Both the position numbers and the translations under genes were made by a program. Shown one piece after another: positions 38,030-49,356 of a DNA stretch of 64,000 nucleotides; the first letter of the stretch is position 1, and the number at the start of each line of letters is the position of its first letter. Under the pieces are notes generated by a model, which did not search any database, was not told where the DNA came from, and was given only the letters and a program-made list of their open reading frames with translations. Source of the DNA: Gracilinanus agilis (Eukaryota); assembly GCF_016433145.1 (NCBI RefSeq), contig NC_058135.1:277017566-277081565 (forward strand). The letters are read 5' to 3'.

Positions 38030-40030
38030 ATATTCTGTAATTGTGTTATTATAGTTACTAAGTTTGTTTTGGAAGGTATTTTAATTCATCAATAGTAATT
38101 TTAAATGGAATTTTCATGTCTATAAATTTCATATCTATCTATTTGTTATACTTTGTAGATGATAAATAGGAATGTTGATAATTTATGTGGTTTTATTTTA
38201 TATCCTGTAAGTTTTCTAAAGTTAGTTTTTTTGTTTGATTCTTTGGAGATCTCTATGTATATCATCATATTGTCTTAAAAGAGAGATAATTTTGTTCCTT
38301 GTTACCTAATTCCTTCAATTTTTTCTTCTCTTATTATTATGGCTAATATTTCTAGTATAATATTCAAGAGTAGTGGTGATAATGGGCATCCTTTCTTTAC
38401 CCCAATTGTATTGGAAAGGGTTTCACTTAATTCCAAGTACAGATAATGATTTCTGGTGGTTTTTAATAGATGCCAGTTATTACTTTAAGGAAAGCTCCAT
38501 TCATTCCAAAGTTTACTAATGACTTTTTTCTTTATTTATTTAGAATATTTTTCCATGGTTACATGATTCATGATTTTTCCCACCGCTCTACCCTCCCCAC
38601 TCCTGGAACTGACAAGAAATTCCACTGGGTTATATATGTATCATTGTTCAAAACTCACTTCATGTTATTTATATTTGCAATAGAATGATCTTTGAACATC
38701 AAAATCTTAATCATATCCCAATAGAACCATGTGATCGATAATATGATTTTCTCCTTGATTTCAGTTCCCATAGTTCTTTCTCTGAATGTGAATAATGTTC
38801 TTTCTCATGAGTTTCTCGGGATTGTCCTGGATCATTGCATTGCTGCTAATTTAAAAATCTATTACATTCTATTGTGCTACAATGTATCAGTCTTTGTGTA
38901 CAATGTTCTTCTGTTTCTGCTCCTTTTGCTCTGCATCAGTTCCTGGAGATCTTTCTAGTTCAAATAGAAATCCTCCAGTTCATCATTTCATTCAGCAAAA
39001 GAATATACCATAAATATAAGATATATTCTTATGAACAAACCACAATTTGTTCAGCCATTTCCCAATCAATAGACATCCCCTCATTTTCCAATTTTTTTTT
39101 TTGCCACCACAAAGATCATGGCTACAAATATTTTTGTACAAGTTTTTTTTTCCTTATCATCTCACTGGGATAGAAACCTAGCAGTGGTATGGCTGGATCA
39201 AAGCACAGGCATTCTTTTAAAATTCTTTGTTCATAGTTCCAAATTGTCCTCCATATTGGTTGGACCAATTCTCAACTCCACGAGCAATGTATTAGTGTCC
39301 CAATTTTGCCACATCCCCTCCAACATTTATCACTTTCCTTTGCTGCTATATTGACCAATCTGCTAGATGTAAACTGGTACCTGAGTTGTTTTAATTAGAA
39401 TTTCCTTAATCCTTAATCCTAAATACCGGAGGTATTTAGAGCACTTTTTCATGCGCTTATAGTTGGTTTTGATTTCTTTATCTGAAAGTTGACTCTTCAT
39501 GTCCTTTAGCCATTCGTCATTTGGGGAATGGCTTGGTTTTTTATACATTTAACTTAGTTCCTTATATATTTGGGAAATTAAACCTTTGTCAGACAGTTTT
39601 GTTATAAAAATATTCTCCCAGTTTGTTGCTTTCCTTCTAATTTTGGTTGTATTGGTTTTGTTTGTACAAAACAGTTTTAATTTGATATAATCAAAGTCAT
39701 TCATTTTACATTTTGCAATGTTCTCTGTCTTTTGCTTGGTTTTAAATTCCTTCCTTTCCCACAAATCAGATAGGTATAGTATTCTATGTTCACCTAATTT
39801 AAGATTTCACTCTTTATATTTAAGTCATTTAACTCTGTTGAATTTATCTTGGTATAGGGTGTGAGATGTTGATCTATACCTGATTTTTCCCATACTGTTT
39901 TCTAATTTTTCAAACAATTTTTGCCAAATAGTGAATTCTTGTCCCCAAACCTGGGATTTGTGGGTTTATTGAACACGGGCTTGCTGAGACCATTTTGTGT
40001 TTCCTATTCCATTTGGGCAATCCTATTCAT
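38030..40030 (-). mobile_element. Antisense L1 pieces (old RT fragment 38030-38520; 3'UTR to ORF2 C-terminus 38525-40030)
   Basis: Reverse complement of L1 ORF2/3'UTR; T-rich tail at about 38525-38545. Confidence 0.85.
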
Positions 40031-40041
40031 TAAGGATTTTT

Positions 40042-40096
<55 letters not shown>
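40042..40096. repeat. (TG)n microsatellite, about 27 units with one interruption
   Basis: Read directly from the sequence. Confidence 0.97.
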
Positions 40097-40098
<2 letters not shown>

Positions 40099-41374
40099 CT
40101 TTTCTTTTCGCTCTTTTTTTCTTTTTTGCTTCCATCTTCATTACATCCATTCCAGTCCTTAAGGATTGTGCTGTTTCCCTGCTCTGCCACTTTGTTGCCT
40201 CAGTCACTCTGCCACTACATGGAAGTGCATTGTTTTTGTGCCCTCTTTGCTTCCAATACTTCTGCTGAAAGGTTTGACTAGACTGGTCCCCTACTCTGCT
40301 CTCTTGCTGTCTTGAGTGTTCTGCTGCTTTCTGCCTGAGATGCTCTGCTGCTATGTAGAAGTGTGTTAGTCTTATGCCAGCTTTGCTTTTTCTACCTGTT
40401 GTGAGTGGCTTAAGCTGCACCAGTCCTCAATTCTGCTATCTGTGACATTCTGAAGTTTCACTGCCTCAGACTAAGTGGAAATTCATTGTTCTTGTGTCTA
40501 CTCTGCCTTTGCTATCTGCACCTAGTGGCTCAAGCTGGATTCATCCTGACCATCATTTTGTTCCCTCTGGCCCTTTTGCAGTGTGTTGGGCTGGTCTACA
40601 TTCTTCCAGTTCTCACAGATGCTATGTGACCTGGGCTCCTCTCTCTTCTTATCCCAGTGAGACATTCCTCATATTTTCCTTTGTTTTGAGTCACTTTTTG
40701 TTTGTTTGTTAAGGGTTTATTTGAGGGTAATGTTTTTTATTCTATCATCTTAGCCTCCAGCATGTACCTTATAAATGTTTATTGCTTAACTATTATTATT
40801 TCTTTCATTTCTCCTTATAAGAAACACAGACAATTTTTGGAAGATACATTTAGAGACTTTCTCAATTCTTAAGGAACTGAGGAATTGTTCTTTCAAACAT
40901 TACAGGCAATGAATCCCCATATTACAGAGATCTCAAATACTGCAGAATTTTAATGAATAAACTCTCCCATAAAAGAAGATTCAGCACAGTCAAAATCGTT
41001 ACCTAGAATTCCCAGACTTAAAAAAACATCCAACATTTACAAACAAGGTTTTCAATAGAAGGGACCAAAGTCAATCTCCAAACATTATGAAAAATAAGTA
41101 AAAAATATGAACATTTAGTAGAATAGTCAAACTACATTGAAATTAGATTAAATTAAATTATCTCGGTCATTCTACTTCTTATTCTTTTGGTCTTAAAGAT
41201 GTTTTCAATGGGTTTATAAAATTTTATTTTCTTTCCTAATATGTCACACAATTATAAAAATTATGTATTGTTCTGTTTGTGCAAAATATTAAACAAATAA
41301 TAAAAGGATAGATGTTTGTTTATACTTATATCTCATTTTTAATTCCTTCAAAAAAAAGATAAGAATAGGGATCA

Positions 41375-41570
41375 TGTAGTTGGCGTTTTGGATTGACAGC
41401 CAGACCTAGACACAGAAAGTCCTATGTTTAAATCTGACCACGGATACTTCTTAATTGTGTGATCCTGGGCAAGTAACTTAACCATCATTTCTTTGCCCTT
41501 ACCACTCTTCTACCTTAGAACTAATACCTAATATTGATCCTAAGGTGGAAGGTAAGGGATTAAAAAAAAA
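41375..41570 (+). mobile_element. Opossum SINE1 (diverged)
   Basis: SINE1 body and tail gaaggtaagggattaaaaaaaa; short aagataaga direct repeat on the flanks. Confidence 0.85.
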
Positions 41571-42103
41571 GAACAAGATAAGAGAAACATTATCATACAT
41601 TTGCATTAACTTCATGTCCTTTTCAAATAAATTTCATATGCATTTGTTCATTTAATACTCACAATAACCCTGTGATGTATTGCTCAGCACAGGGCCTGAT
41701 ACATGGTTGGCATGTAACAAATGTTTGTTGACTGATATATGTAGAAGAGATAATATTTTTCCCATCAACAATTGAGTTTAAGGAAAATAGCATGACTGAC
41801 TGAGAACAAGATAATAAACTAAATGTATTCACACATTCATTAAAATAATAATTTAAATAACTTCATAGAAACACTTCCTACATAATTAAAATATCTTCTG
41901 TTTCCTGGAAATTAACTTTAAATGATAAAAAAAGAATTAAAGAAGCATAATTTCAATATGTAGTAATCACTCTTAAAAAACTTTTTTTTTCAATTTTACA
42001 TTTTTAAAGATGATAGAAAAAATAGAATATAAAATTAAAGCTGAACTTCTGGGCAATTAGGAAAGAAATGATGGTGTTCTTACTTTGTCATTTCCCAACT
42101 TGA

Positions 42104-43060
42104 TCAATTTTTTAAATATACCAAGGGCAATGAATGCAACTTTTCAAAAACTTTTCCAAGGGCATTTTTCACTTCTTTATTCCTCAGGCTGTAGATCATA
42201 GGATTCAGCATGGGGATCACCATTGTATAGAACACTGAGGCCATCTTATCTGTATCCAGGGAATGGTTGGACTTAGGCTGTAGATACATAAAAATCAGTG
42301 TTCCATAGAATACAATGACTGCTGTCAGGTGAGAGGCACAGGTGGAGAAAGCTTTGAGTCTGCCTTCAGTGGACTGGATCTTCAAAATGGCAATGACAAT
42401 GTATAAGTATGAAATGAGAACTGTTGAGAGGGAGCTGATCATGTTGAACCCAGCAAAGATAAAAATCAATATCTCTTTCAGACTGGTGTCTGAGCAAGCA
42501 AGTGACATCAGTGGGACATCATCACAGTAGAAATGATTGATGATATTCGGACCACAATAGATCAAGCGAAATGTAACCACGGTGTGAAAGAAAGCAACTG
42601 AAAAGCTATACAAGTAGGGACCTATTACCAATTGTACACAAACCCTTTGAGACATAATCACCATGTAGAGAAGGGGATTACAGATGGCCACATAGCGGTC
42701 ATATGCCATCACAGCAAGGAGGAGCATCTCTGAAATTAAGAATGTAAGAAAAAAGCCTAGTTGAGTTGCACAAGCATAGAAAGAAATTCTATTATCCTTG
42801 GTCAAGAGGGTTGACAAGAACTTTGGAGCTATCGAGGAAGAGTAACAGAGGTCAACAAAGGCCAAGTTACTGAGGAAAAAGTACATGGGTGTGTGAAGTC
42901 GGGTGTCTAATCGAATTAGTGAGATCATACCAGTGTTCCCTAGCACTGTTAGAGAGTACACCACAAAGATAAGCACAAAGAGGACAATTTGCAGCTCTCT
43001 AGAAAGCAAAAATCCCTGAAGAATGAACTCAGTAACCAAGGTGATATTTCTTTCAGCCAT
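42104..43060 (-). CDS. Olfactory receptor, OR8U-family-like (resembles OR8U1 and OR8U3/OR5R1), intact, 318 aa
   Basis: NIT sequon, [71 protein letters not shown]. The exact ortholog cannot be resolved by eye. Confidence 0.94.
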   Translation of the reverse strand: MAERNITLVTEFILQGFLLSRELQIVLFVLIFVVYSLTVLGNTGMISLIRLDTRLHTPMYFFLSNLAFVDLCYSSSIAPKFLSTLLTKDNRISFYACATQLGFFLTFLISEMLLLAVMAYDRYVAICNPLLYMVIMSQRVCVQLVIGPYLYSFSVAFFHTVVTFRLIYCGPNIINHFYCDDVPLMSLACSDTSLKEILIFIFAGFNMISSLSTVLISYLYIVIAILKIQSTEGRLKAFSTCASHLTAVIVFYGTLIFMYLQPKSNHSLDTDKMASVFYTMVIPMLNPMIYSLRNKEVKNALGKVFEKLHSLPLVYLKN

Positions 43061-43081
43061 CTACTCCATGATATTCATATC

Positions 43082-43105
43082 CTGAAGGAAAAGAAAAGAC
43101 AGAAT
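43082..43105 (-). promoter_or_regulatory. Splice acceptor of the OR8U-like coding exon
   Basis: The minus strand reads ttctgtcttttcttttccttcag|G, so the exon starts at 43081, 21 nt before the ATG. Confidence 0.8.
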
Positions 43106-44959
43106 TTTTAAAAGGCATCAAATAACGTTTCTATGATCTTGGAAGTTTTATCCAATGTCATGTCTTTTATATGATATTTTCTTGGAGGAGATGCTTCAGA
43201 TATACCAATTTTTTTGGGGGAAACACCTTTCATCTTCCCATTCCCACTAAATTCAGCAATAGAGTAAATTAGCATCTGTTCCAAGCATCTTTTATGGAAA
43301 ATTTTAGTTTGCATTGTGAAGTCCCACTATGGGAAAGAAAGAAAGAAAAATTGGGGCAAGAAGTAATTTAGTTTTAATAGACATGAATGCAATATGTTAG
43401 TTACAAAATTCTATGTATTTAATGAAAAATATTGGCCAAATAATGAGTCGTTATACTTAAACGAATGTTATGTATGTTTTTAACCAATAGATAAACTATC
43501 AAACTGAGAGGATTACCTAATTTAGCTCTTGGTTTGACTTCTTATTTCTGTTTTTTTTTTTTGCATGCATTAAATATCACAAGAGGTTAAAAAGAAGTGG
43601 CCTCTAATCACTATGTACTTCTGGCAAGAGAGTAGAGAAGGGCAAGAAAATCAAATTGTTGACTGTTGAGCAAAATTTAAAAAGACTCATCTAGTAATGC
43701 ATTTATTTCATCTTAGATTTTTTTGCGGTGGCATTTTTTTTGTTTTTAGAAATGCCATGTTCTATAAGGGATTATTATGGTCATGCTGTCTTAAAGGACT
43801 ACTGATAGCAAACATACATACCAAGTATAAAAAGTAGAAATGAGATGAAGAAAAGAGTGAAAAGGTGACCATTGCATTAAGAGCACTTCTTACTTGGCTT
43901 TTTCAAGTGATCTGTTCTTGTTTTTAATTTAGATGACCATTCTGAAATAAAAGAAACAATGGAAAGATATAGTTAAGTAGAGGAAAACATTGATTCTGGA
44001 AGCAGCTAGATAGCAGAGGGGAATGCACTGCTATTTTTTGAATTAGGAAGAGCCAAGCTGCTTTCTGTCTGAAATATTTACTAGCTGTGTAACCTTAGAT
44101 AAATTATTTAAATTCTTTGTGACTCAATTGCTGTTTGTTTCATCCATCTATAAATTGGGGTTAGAATGAAAGACCTCTAAAGTCCTCTCCAGTTCTAATT
44201 CAATGAAGTTACAAGTTTCTATTTTCTTGGGCAAAAAGACCCTTAGTTTTCCCTGGAATGATCAATTTCCTTACTCACTAAAGATGTAATTCTTTCCTTT
44301 TTGAGATGCAAAGTAGAATAATATAGGATGGAGTAAGAACGATTATATTAGTCATCTCATACCTGAGGTGATAGAAGATAAGGTGAGGCAACAATAGATA
44401 GATGAGAAAGGTGAAAGAGTATTAAGACAGAGTAAAGAGTGGCCCAGATTTAAATTTGCAAAAGACATTTACTAGTTATGTGAACATGAGAAAGTTGAAT
44501 AACATCTCTGAGCACTAGCTGCCTTATCTGTAAAAAAAAAAGGACAATAAAGCATGTAAAAATATGGCTTTTCTGAGGCTGTTTCATTTGAGAATGTATT
44601 CTTTTTTCCCTAAGAAATAATGATGAGGAAAAAGATAAGTTATAATAATACATTCTTACATGTTAATATAATTCTTATAATTATTTTATGGCAAGTAGCT
44701 TTAAAACCACTTTAAAGTTTACAAAGCACTTTATATGCTATTTCATATGATCCTCACATTGACTCTGAGAAGTAGGTGTCTTTATTATCCCTATTTTATG
44801 CATGGGGAAACTGAGAATGTTATAAGTTATCTCTTGAATCTAAATGCCTTATAAAGATTTAAGCTTTTATTATTACTCCACACAGCCCTGAATTTTGTCT
44901 CCAACAATCCTGGCAAGGTCGTGTTTGATGCCTGGTGATATTTGGTTGCCTCTTGAGTG

Positions 44960-45260
44960 GGGAATCACCTGTGCAGTGCCCAAGCACACTCTTTTTCTTG
45001 TACAATCTCAACAAGCTAAGTATACATACAACAAACTCCATTTTTATCTCCTGGGATTGGTTCTCATATTTGCATATGATCTCCAAGTGCTTTTCCATCT
45101 CTATCAAAACCTGTTTCTGAGAAGGGATCTGTTAATAGGATGTAATATCTGAATATTGGTCTCCATCCCTTGAATCTTCCTTCCTTACATAACACGTGCT
45201 TTTGAAGTTTGATCTCTCATGGGATACAAAAAGGTTCTTCCTTCTCAACTCTATTAAATT
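44960..45260 (-). promoter_or_regulatory. O/E-site cluster, candidate OR promoter
   Basis: TCTCCTGGGA 45047-45056, TCTCATGGGA 45215-45224, octamer ATTTGCAT 45068-45075, E-box CACGTG 45193-45198, and a possible donor CAG|GTGATT at 44969/44968. Confidence 0.45.
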
Positions 45261-45451
45261 AGACTTCCATATAGTACTATATGCATATAGTAGTAAGTAT
45301 AAAAGGTATGTGTAAATTAAGATGAGGGAGATTTTCCCTCACTGTTTTCCTAAAGTGATATATATTTTCAAATTTGATATTTGATTTTCTGACAGAGAAT
45401 ATAGAGGAGTTATCATATTATTCCATATAAAATGTATTTTAATCATACTAC

Positions 45452-45481
45452 CTGGTCATGGGAAAAACTGAATGAATCCAT
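45452..45481 (-). other. Candidate upstream mini-exon copy 1 (ATG...CAG|GTAGTA), encodes MDSFSFSHDQ
   Basis: 30-nt phase-0 ORF ending at a donor-like site; part of a ~120-bp duplication with 46881-46997. Confidence 0.4.
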
Positions 45482-46950
45482 GGGGTCTTTTATTTTAATA
45501 CATACTTAAGGCTCCATTTTCCTTAGCTGGAAAAGGGAAGCTGCTACCATCTATGGAAAGAAGCAGCAGTATGAAAGAATAGAGAGATTGCTGGTGTAGG
45601 AAGCAGGGAAACTTAATTTTCAGATCTATCCTCTAACACTTACTATCTCTATGATCATGAACATGTCAATAACCTCTCTGAATTTTAGATCTCTCTTTTA
45701 TAAGGTCAAAATAACAATAGATTCAGTTCCCATTTCATAAGGTGATATATTATTCAACTTAGAATGAAATATTCACTTTAATTGGGATTTTCTGAATAGA
45801 AGCTACATTTTTTAATATTAAAGGTTTATTTGCTTCCCAACATTTCCCAATAATTAATATTCAAACTATGTGGTTTTGTTAAGCTTTTTTAAGATAATAA
45901 GTTTTCATTAAAATTCTGAGCTTCTAAGTAGAAGGGGTTTATATAGTATTTTGAATATGATAAAATTTTTTAGATGTTACTAAAGTCAGAATGGGAAGAA
46001 TGACTCCATAATTTTTTCCTCCACATATATACATATAAACAATATGTACTATCCAAAAGGGCAGAGATGGAAGTCCTTTTGTGCTCTATCCTACTCAACC
46101 ATATCTAAAGAATTGTGTTCAGTTTTATTTTCAGATGAGCATTTACAGGATGGAAATTATCCAGAGGATTATAGGACTATCAGTTGTAAGTTAAAAGGAT
46201 CTTAGGAAATCATCTAATTCAATTCCTTCATTTTATGAATAAGGAAAATCATGTCCATTGCTATTTAGTCAAAGGTTATAGAAGAAAATGACAAAGTCAG
46301 GTTTTGAACTCAGTTTCTTTGACTCCAAACCTGTCACTGAAACTTGTTACCTTGTTACCTCAAGCTAAGGGCATTCAGAATGGTGAAGGATCTCATGGTC
46401 ATGCCATATGAGAAATTCCAAGTTAAAGGAAATGTGAATGTTCTGCCTGACAAAGGGAAGATTAGGGAAGGCGAGATGGGACCATGAAAACTTTGTCCAG
46501 GTATCAGAAATGCTTCATATCAAGGAAATTCAGAAATTATTTGCTCTGTTCAAAGGGAAGAACTAGGATATTGAGGTGGAAGTCGTCAAAGGGTAAATTA
46601 TATTAGTCTATATGGGAAGAACAAAGTGAAACAAACTAAAAAACAAAACAAAACAAAAAGAACAAAACCAATGGAAACCTCCTGACAATTTAAAATGCCA
46701 CAAAGTAGAATGAACTGTCTGAGAAGTTATTTAATTCCCTATTAAAAGTTTTTCTAACAAAAAATTTAATGGCCACTTGTTGATGCTTCCCCATCATGGA
46801 GACATTTATGGAGATTTTTATCTAGGATTGTGCTGATCTAAATTGTCTCTTAGTTCTCTTTCAAATCTGAGATTGTATTATTTTCTGATATAGAGAATCT
46901 TGAAAGAATTCATTTATTAATCTATTTAATATGAATATTGATCATCTTAC

Positions 46951-46980
46951 CTGGTCATGGAAAGGACTGACTGAGTCCAT
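46951..46980 (-). other. Candidate upstream mini-exon copy 2 (ATG...CAG|GTAAGA), encodes MDSVSPFHDQ
   Basis: Near-consensus donor; same length and frame as copy 1. Confidence 0.45.
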
Positions 46981-48104
46981 GGGGTCATTTCTTTTGACAT
47001 AGACTGGAGGAAATCTACATATATATTATACTGGTGTACATATAACTATGAAGATTGTATCCCTTCTCCCCTTGGGTATTGATTATCTTGCTTAGTAATG
47101 GTGCAAAATTTTTGTTAACTAGACAAACACTCTAGAGGGTCAGGTCTCTCAAAGCCCAATTGCCATTGGCAATGCTTATTACTGAATGATTATAAACTGA
47201 AGGGATATAAATAGAGAAATGGGTACAAAAGAGAATAGTTGTTGAACTAGATATAGTTTACTGTTTTGTAGCCAGTCATCAACAAGATATTCTCTAGGGG
47301 CATTGCTATTTAGTCATATTTGACTCTACATGACCCCATCTGGGGTTTTCTCAGAAAAGAAACTGGTCTTGGACAATTCCTAGGTGTGCAACTTTGGGAA
47401 AATTACTTATAGAGATTATTTCTTTCTGTCCTTCTTTCTTAGAATTGATACTAAGACAGGAGGTAGGGATTTAAAAAGAAACTAAAACTCTTAATTTATT
47501 TTCCAGATCATTTTATAGATAAAGATAATTAGCAGTCTATTAAGTGACTTAAGCATAGTCAAACAGCTGAGACATGATTTGAACTCAGGTCTTCCAGATT
47601 CTAGGTCCCATACTCAATGCACTACACCACCTAACTGCCCCAGAGATATTAGAAACAGTAATTACAAAATCACGGAAATGGTGACTTTTCCAAGAGGTAA
47701 AAGTAAGAGTAGCAACTCATATTCTTATAATTCTTTAAGCTTTTGAAAATAATTTCTTCACAATATTTCTGTGGTGGAGATAATCAAAGGATCCTGTACC
47801 ATCCCACAACATTTTTTAAATCACTAACTAGAGTGAGGTCCAGAGAATTAATGGATTCTCCAACTCTGAAGTTCTTCCAATTGAGGCTGGACACCCTTAT
47901 ATCAATGAGCCTACAAGCCCACTCTGTGGAGATAGTCATGCAACTAGATGGCCTCTAAGGTTGCTTCCAACTTTAAAGTTCAATGACTACAAGTACAAAG
48001 ACAGAAGGGACCTGAAATGAAGGGACAATAACATTTAGGGTTCTGTCCTTGGTCCCATCATCTCTATATGTAAGCTTTCTCTCTTGAAAACATCTTTCCA
48101 AGAG

Positions 48105-49268
48105 CAGGGGTCTGCAACCTTTTTGGCCGTGAGAGCCATAAATGCCACATTTTTTAAAATGTAATTTTGTGAGAGCCATACAATATGTTTAATTAACACT
48201 GAATACAAGTAAACATGTGAATTTTATGTAAGAACAACAGTTTTAAAGTACAATAAGTCTCTGAACTATTTTTAATAACATTATTATGTGCTAAACAATG
48301 ATGAATAAATTACATTAATGTGACTTCGGGTGTTGCATGATTTTGTTGATTATTAATCAAAATTATTTTGATTACCAATCAAAAAACAAGACTTAATGGG
48401 GCACTATAGTAATGATATAACTGCTCACATACATATAAAACTCCTTTACACTAAGAAAATTGCTAAATAGAGAAAAATTCAGGGAAGAATACTTTTTCCT
48501 CTCCCTCTCTCAAGTCAGGCAACAGGAGAAGAAAAAGCTGCTGGCCTGCTGGTTAAGCCATTTGGCCACATAAATTAAGTAGGAGATCAGGAGATTACAG
48601 AAAATAACATGACTTGTGTGCAGGCATTAGTAAGTAGTTGGGGAGGAGGGTATCTTTTTATGGAAAACTGGCCAGGACACATCACACACATTTCCTGGTA
48701 CAGGTGTTTATCAGTGCTGCCTACTCAATCATTCTGTATCAAATGAAACAACTACTGGGGAAAAATGCTTCTCACTAATGAAGCATATGTAAAGATGTAA
48801 TCTGACTATAGTTCCCCTTTAAGAGCAGGTAGAAAAGTTAAAAACAATTACAATCCCACAAATAGGGAGTGCAGACCCCATGAATGCACTGAGATAAAGC
48901 CATGTAAATCAGAGGCAGGGGGGTAGAGAATGTAGACAGAAGTGATCAATCACTATATAGAAACCTAGATGTCAGTAACAGGTGTGGAGAGTAAAAGGAG
49001 GGCAAAAGGAGGAACACACAGCACACCTACCAAGCCAAACTAAAGACCAGGATTCATCTCTTATGGCAATATCAAGGAGGGAGCCTTCTATCTTAGAAGA
49101 TAGTCTAGGTACTGAAAGGATCACGTGATGTACCACATGACACACAAAGTCATGGGTAAACTGTTAGTTACTGTGCTGCAGTTGACTTTATGGCTCCTGC
49201 AGAAAGAGCCATATCTGGCCCTCAAAAGAGGCAGATATGGCTAGAGAGCCATACATAGCTGACCCCTG
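48105..49268. mobile_element. Non-autonomous hAT (Charlie-like) element, 1164 bp
   Basis: Termini caggggtctgcaacct / ...gctgacccctg; 8-bp TSD TCCAAGAG / CCCAAGAG (48097-48104 and 49269-49276); repeated gagagccata sub-terminal motifs. Confidence 0.87.
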
Positions 49269-49356
49269 CCCAAGAGTTTCAAGCAAGTAGCATAAGTAGG
49301 AAGATAATATAAAACTCTTTCAGTTTCAGTTTATTAACTCTAAAAGTGAAAATAAT

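Noticed and set aside
39921-40420. ORFs with CV/HT repeats
   Set aside because: Translation of the (TG)n microsatellite and neighbouring low-complexity DNA.
45444-45462. atactacctggtcatggg (and 46944-46960) resembles the 5' end of U1 snRNA
   Set aside because: Similarity stops after about 11 nt. It is what a minus-strand splice donor looks like on the plus strand, and no U1 stem-loops follow.
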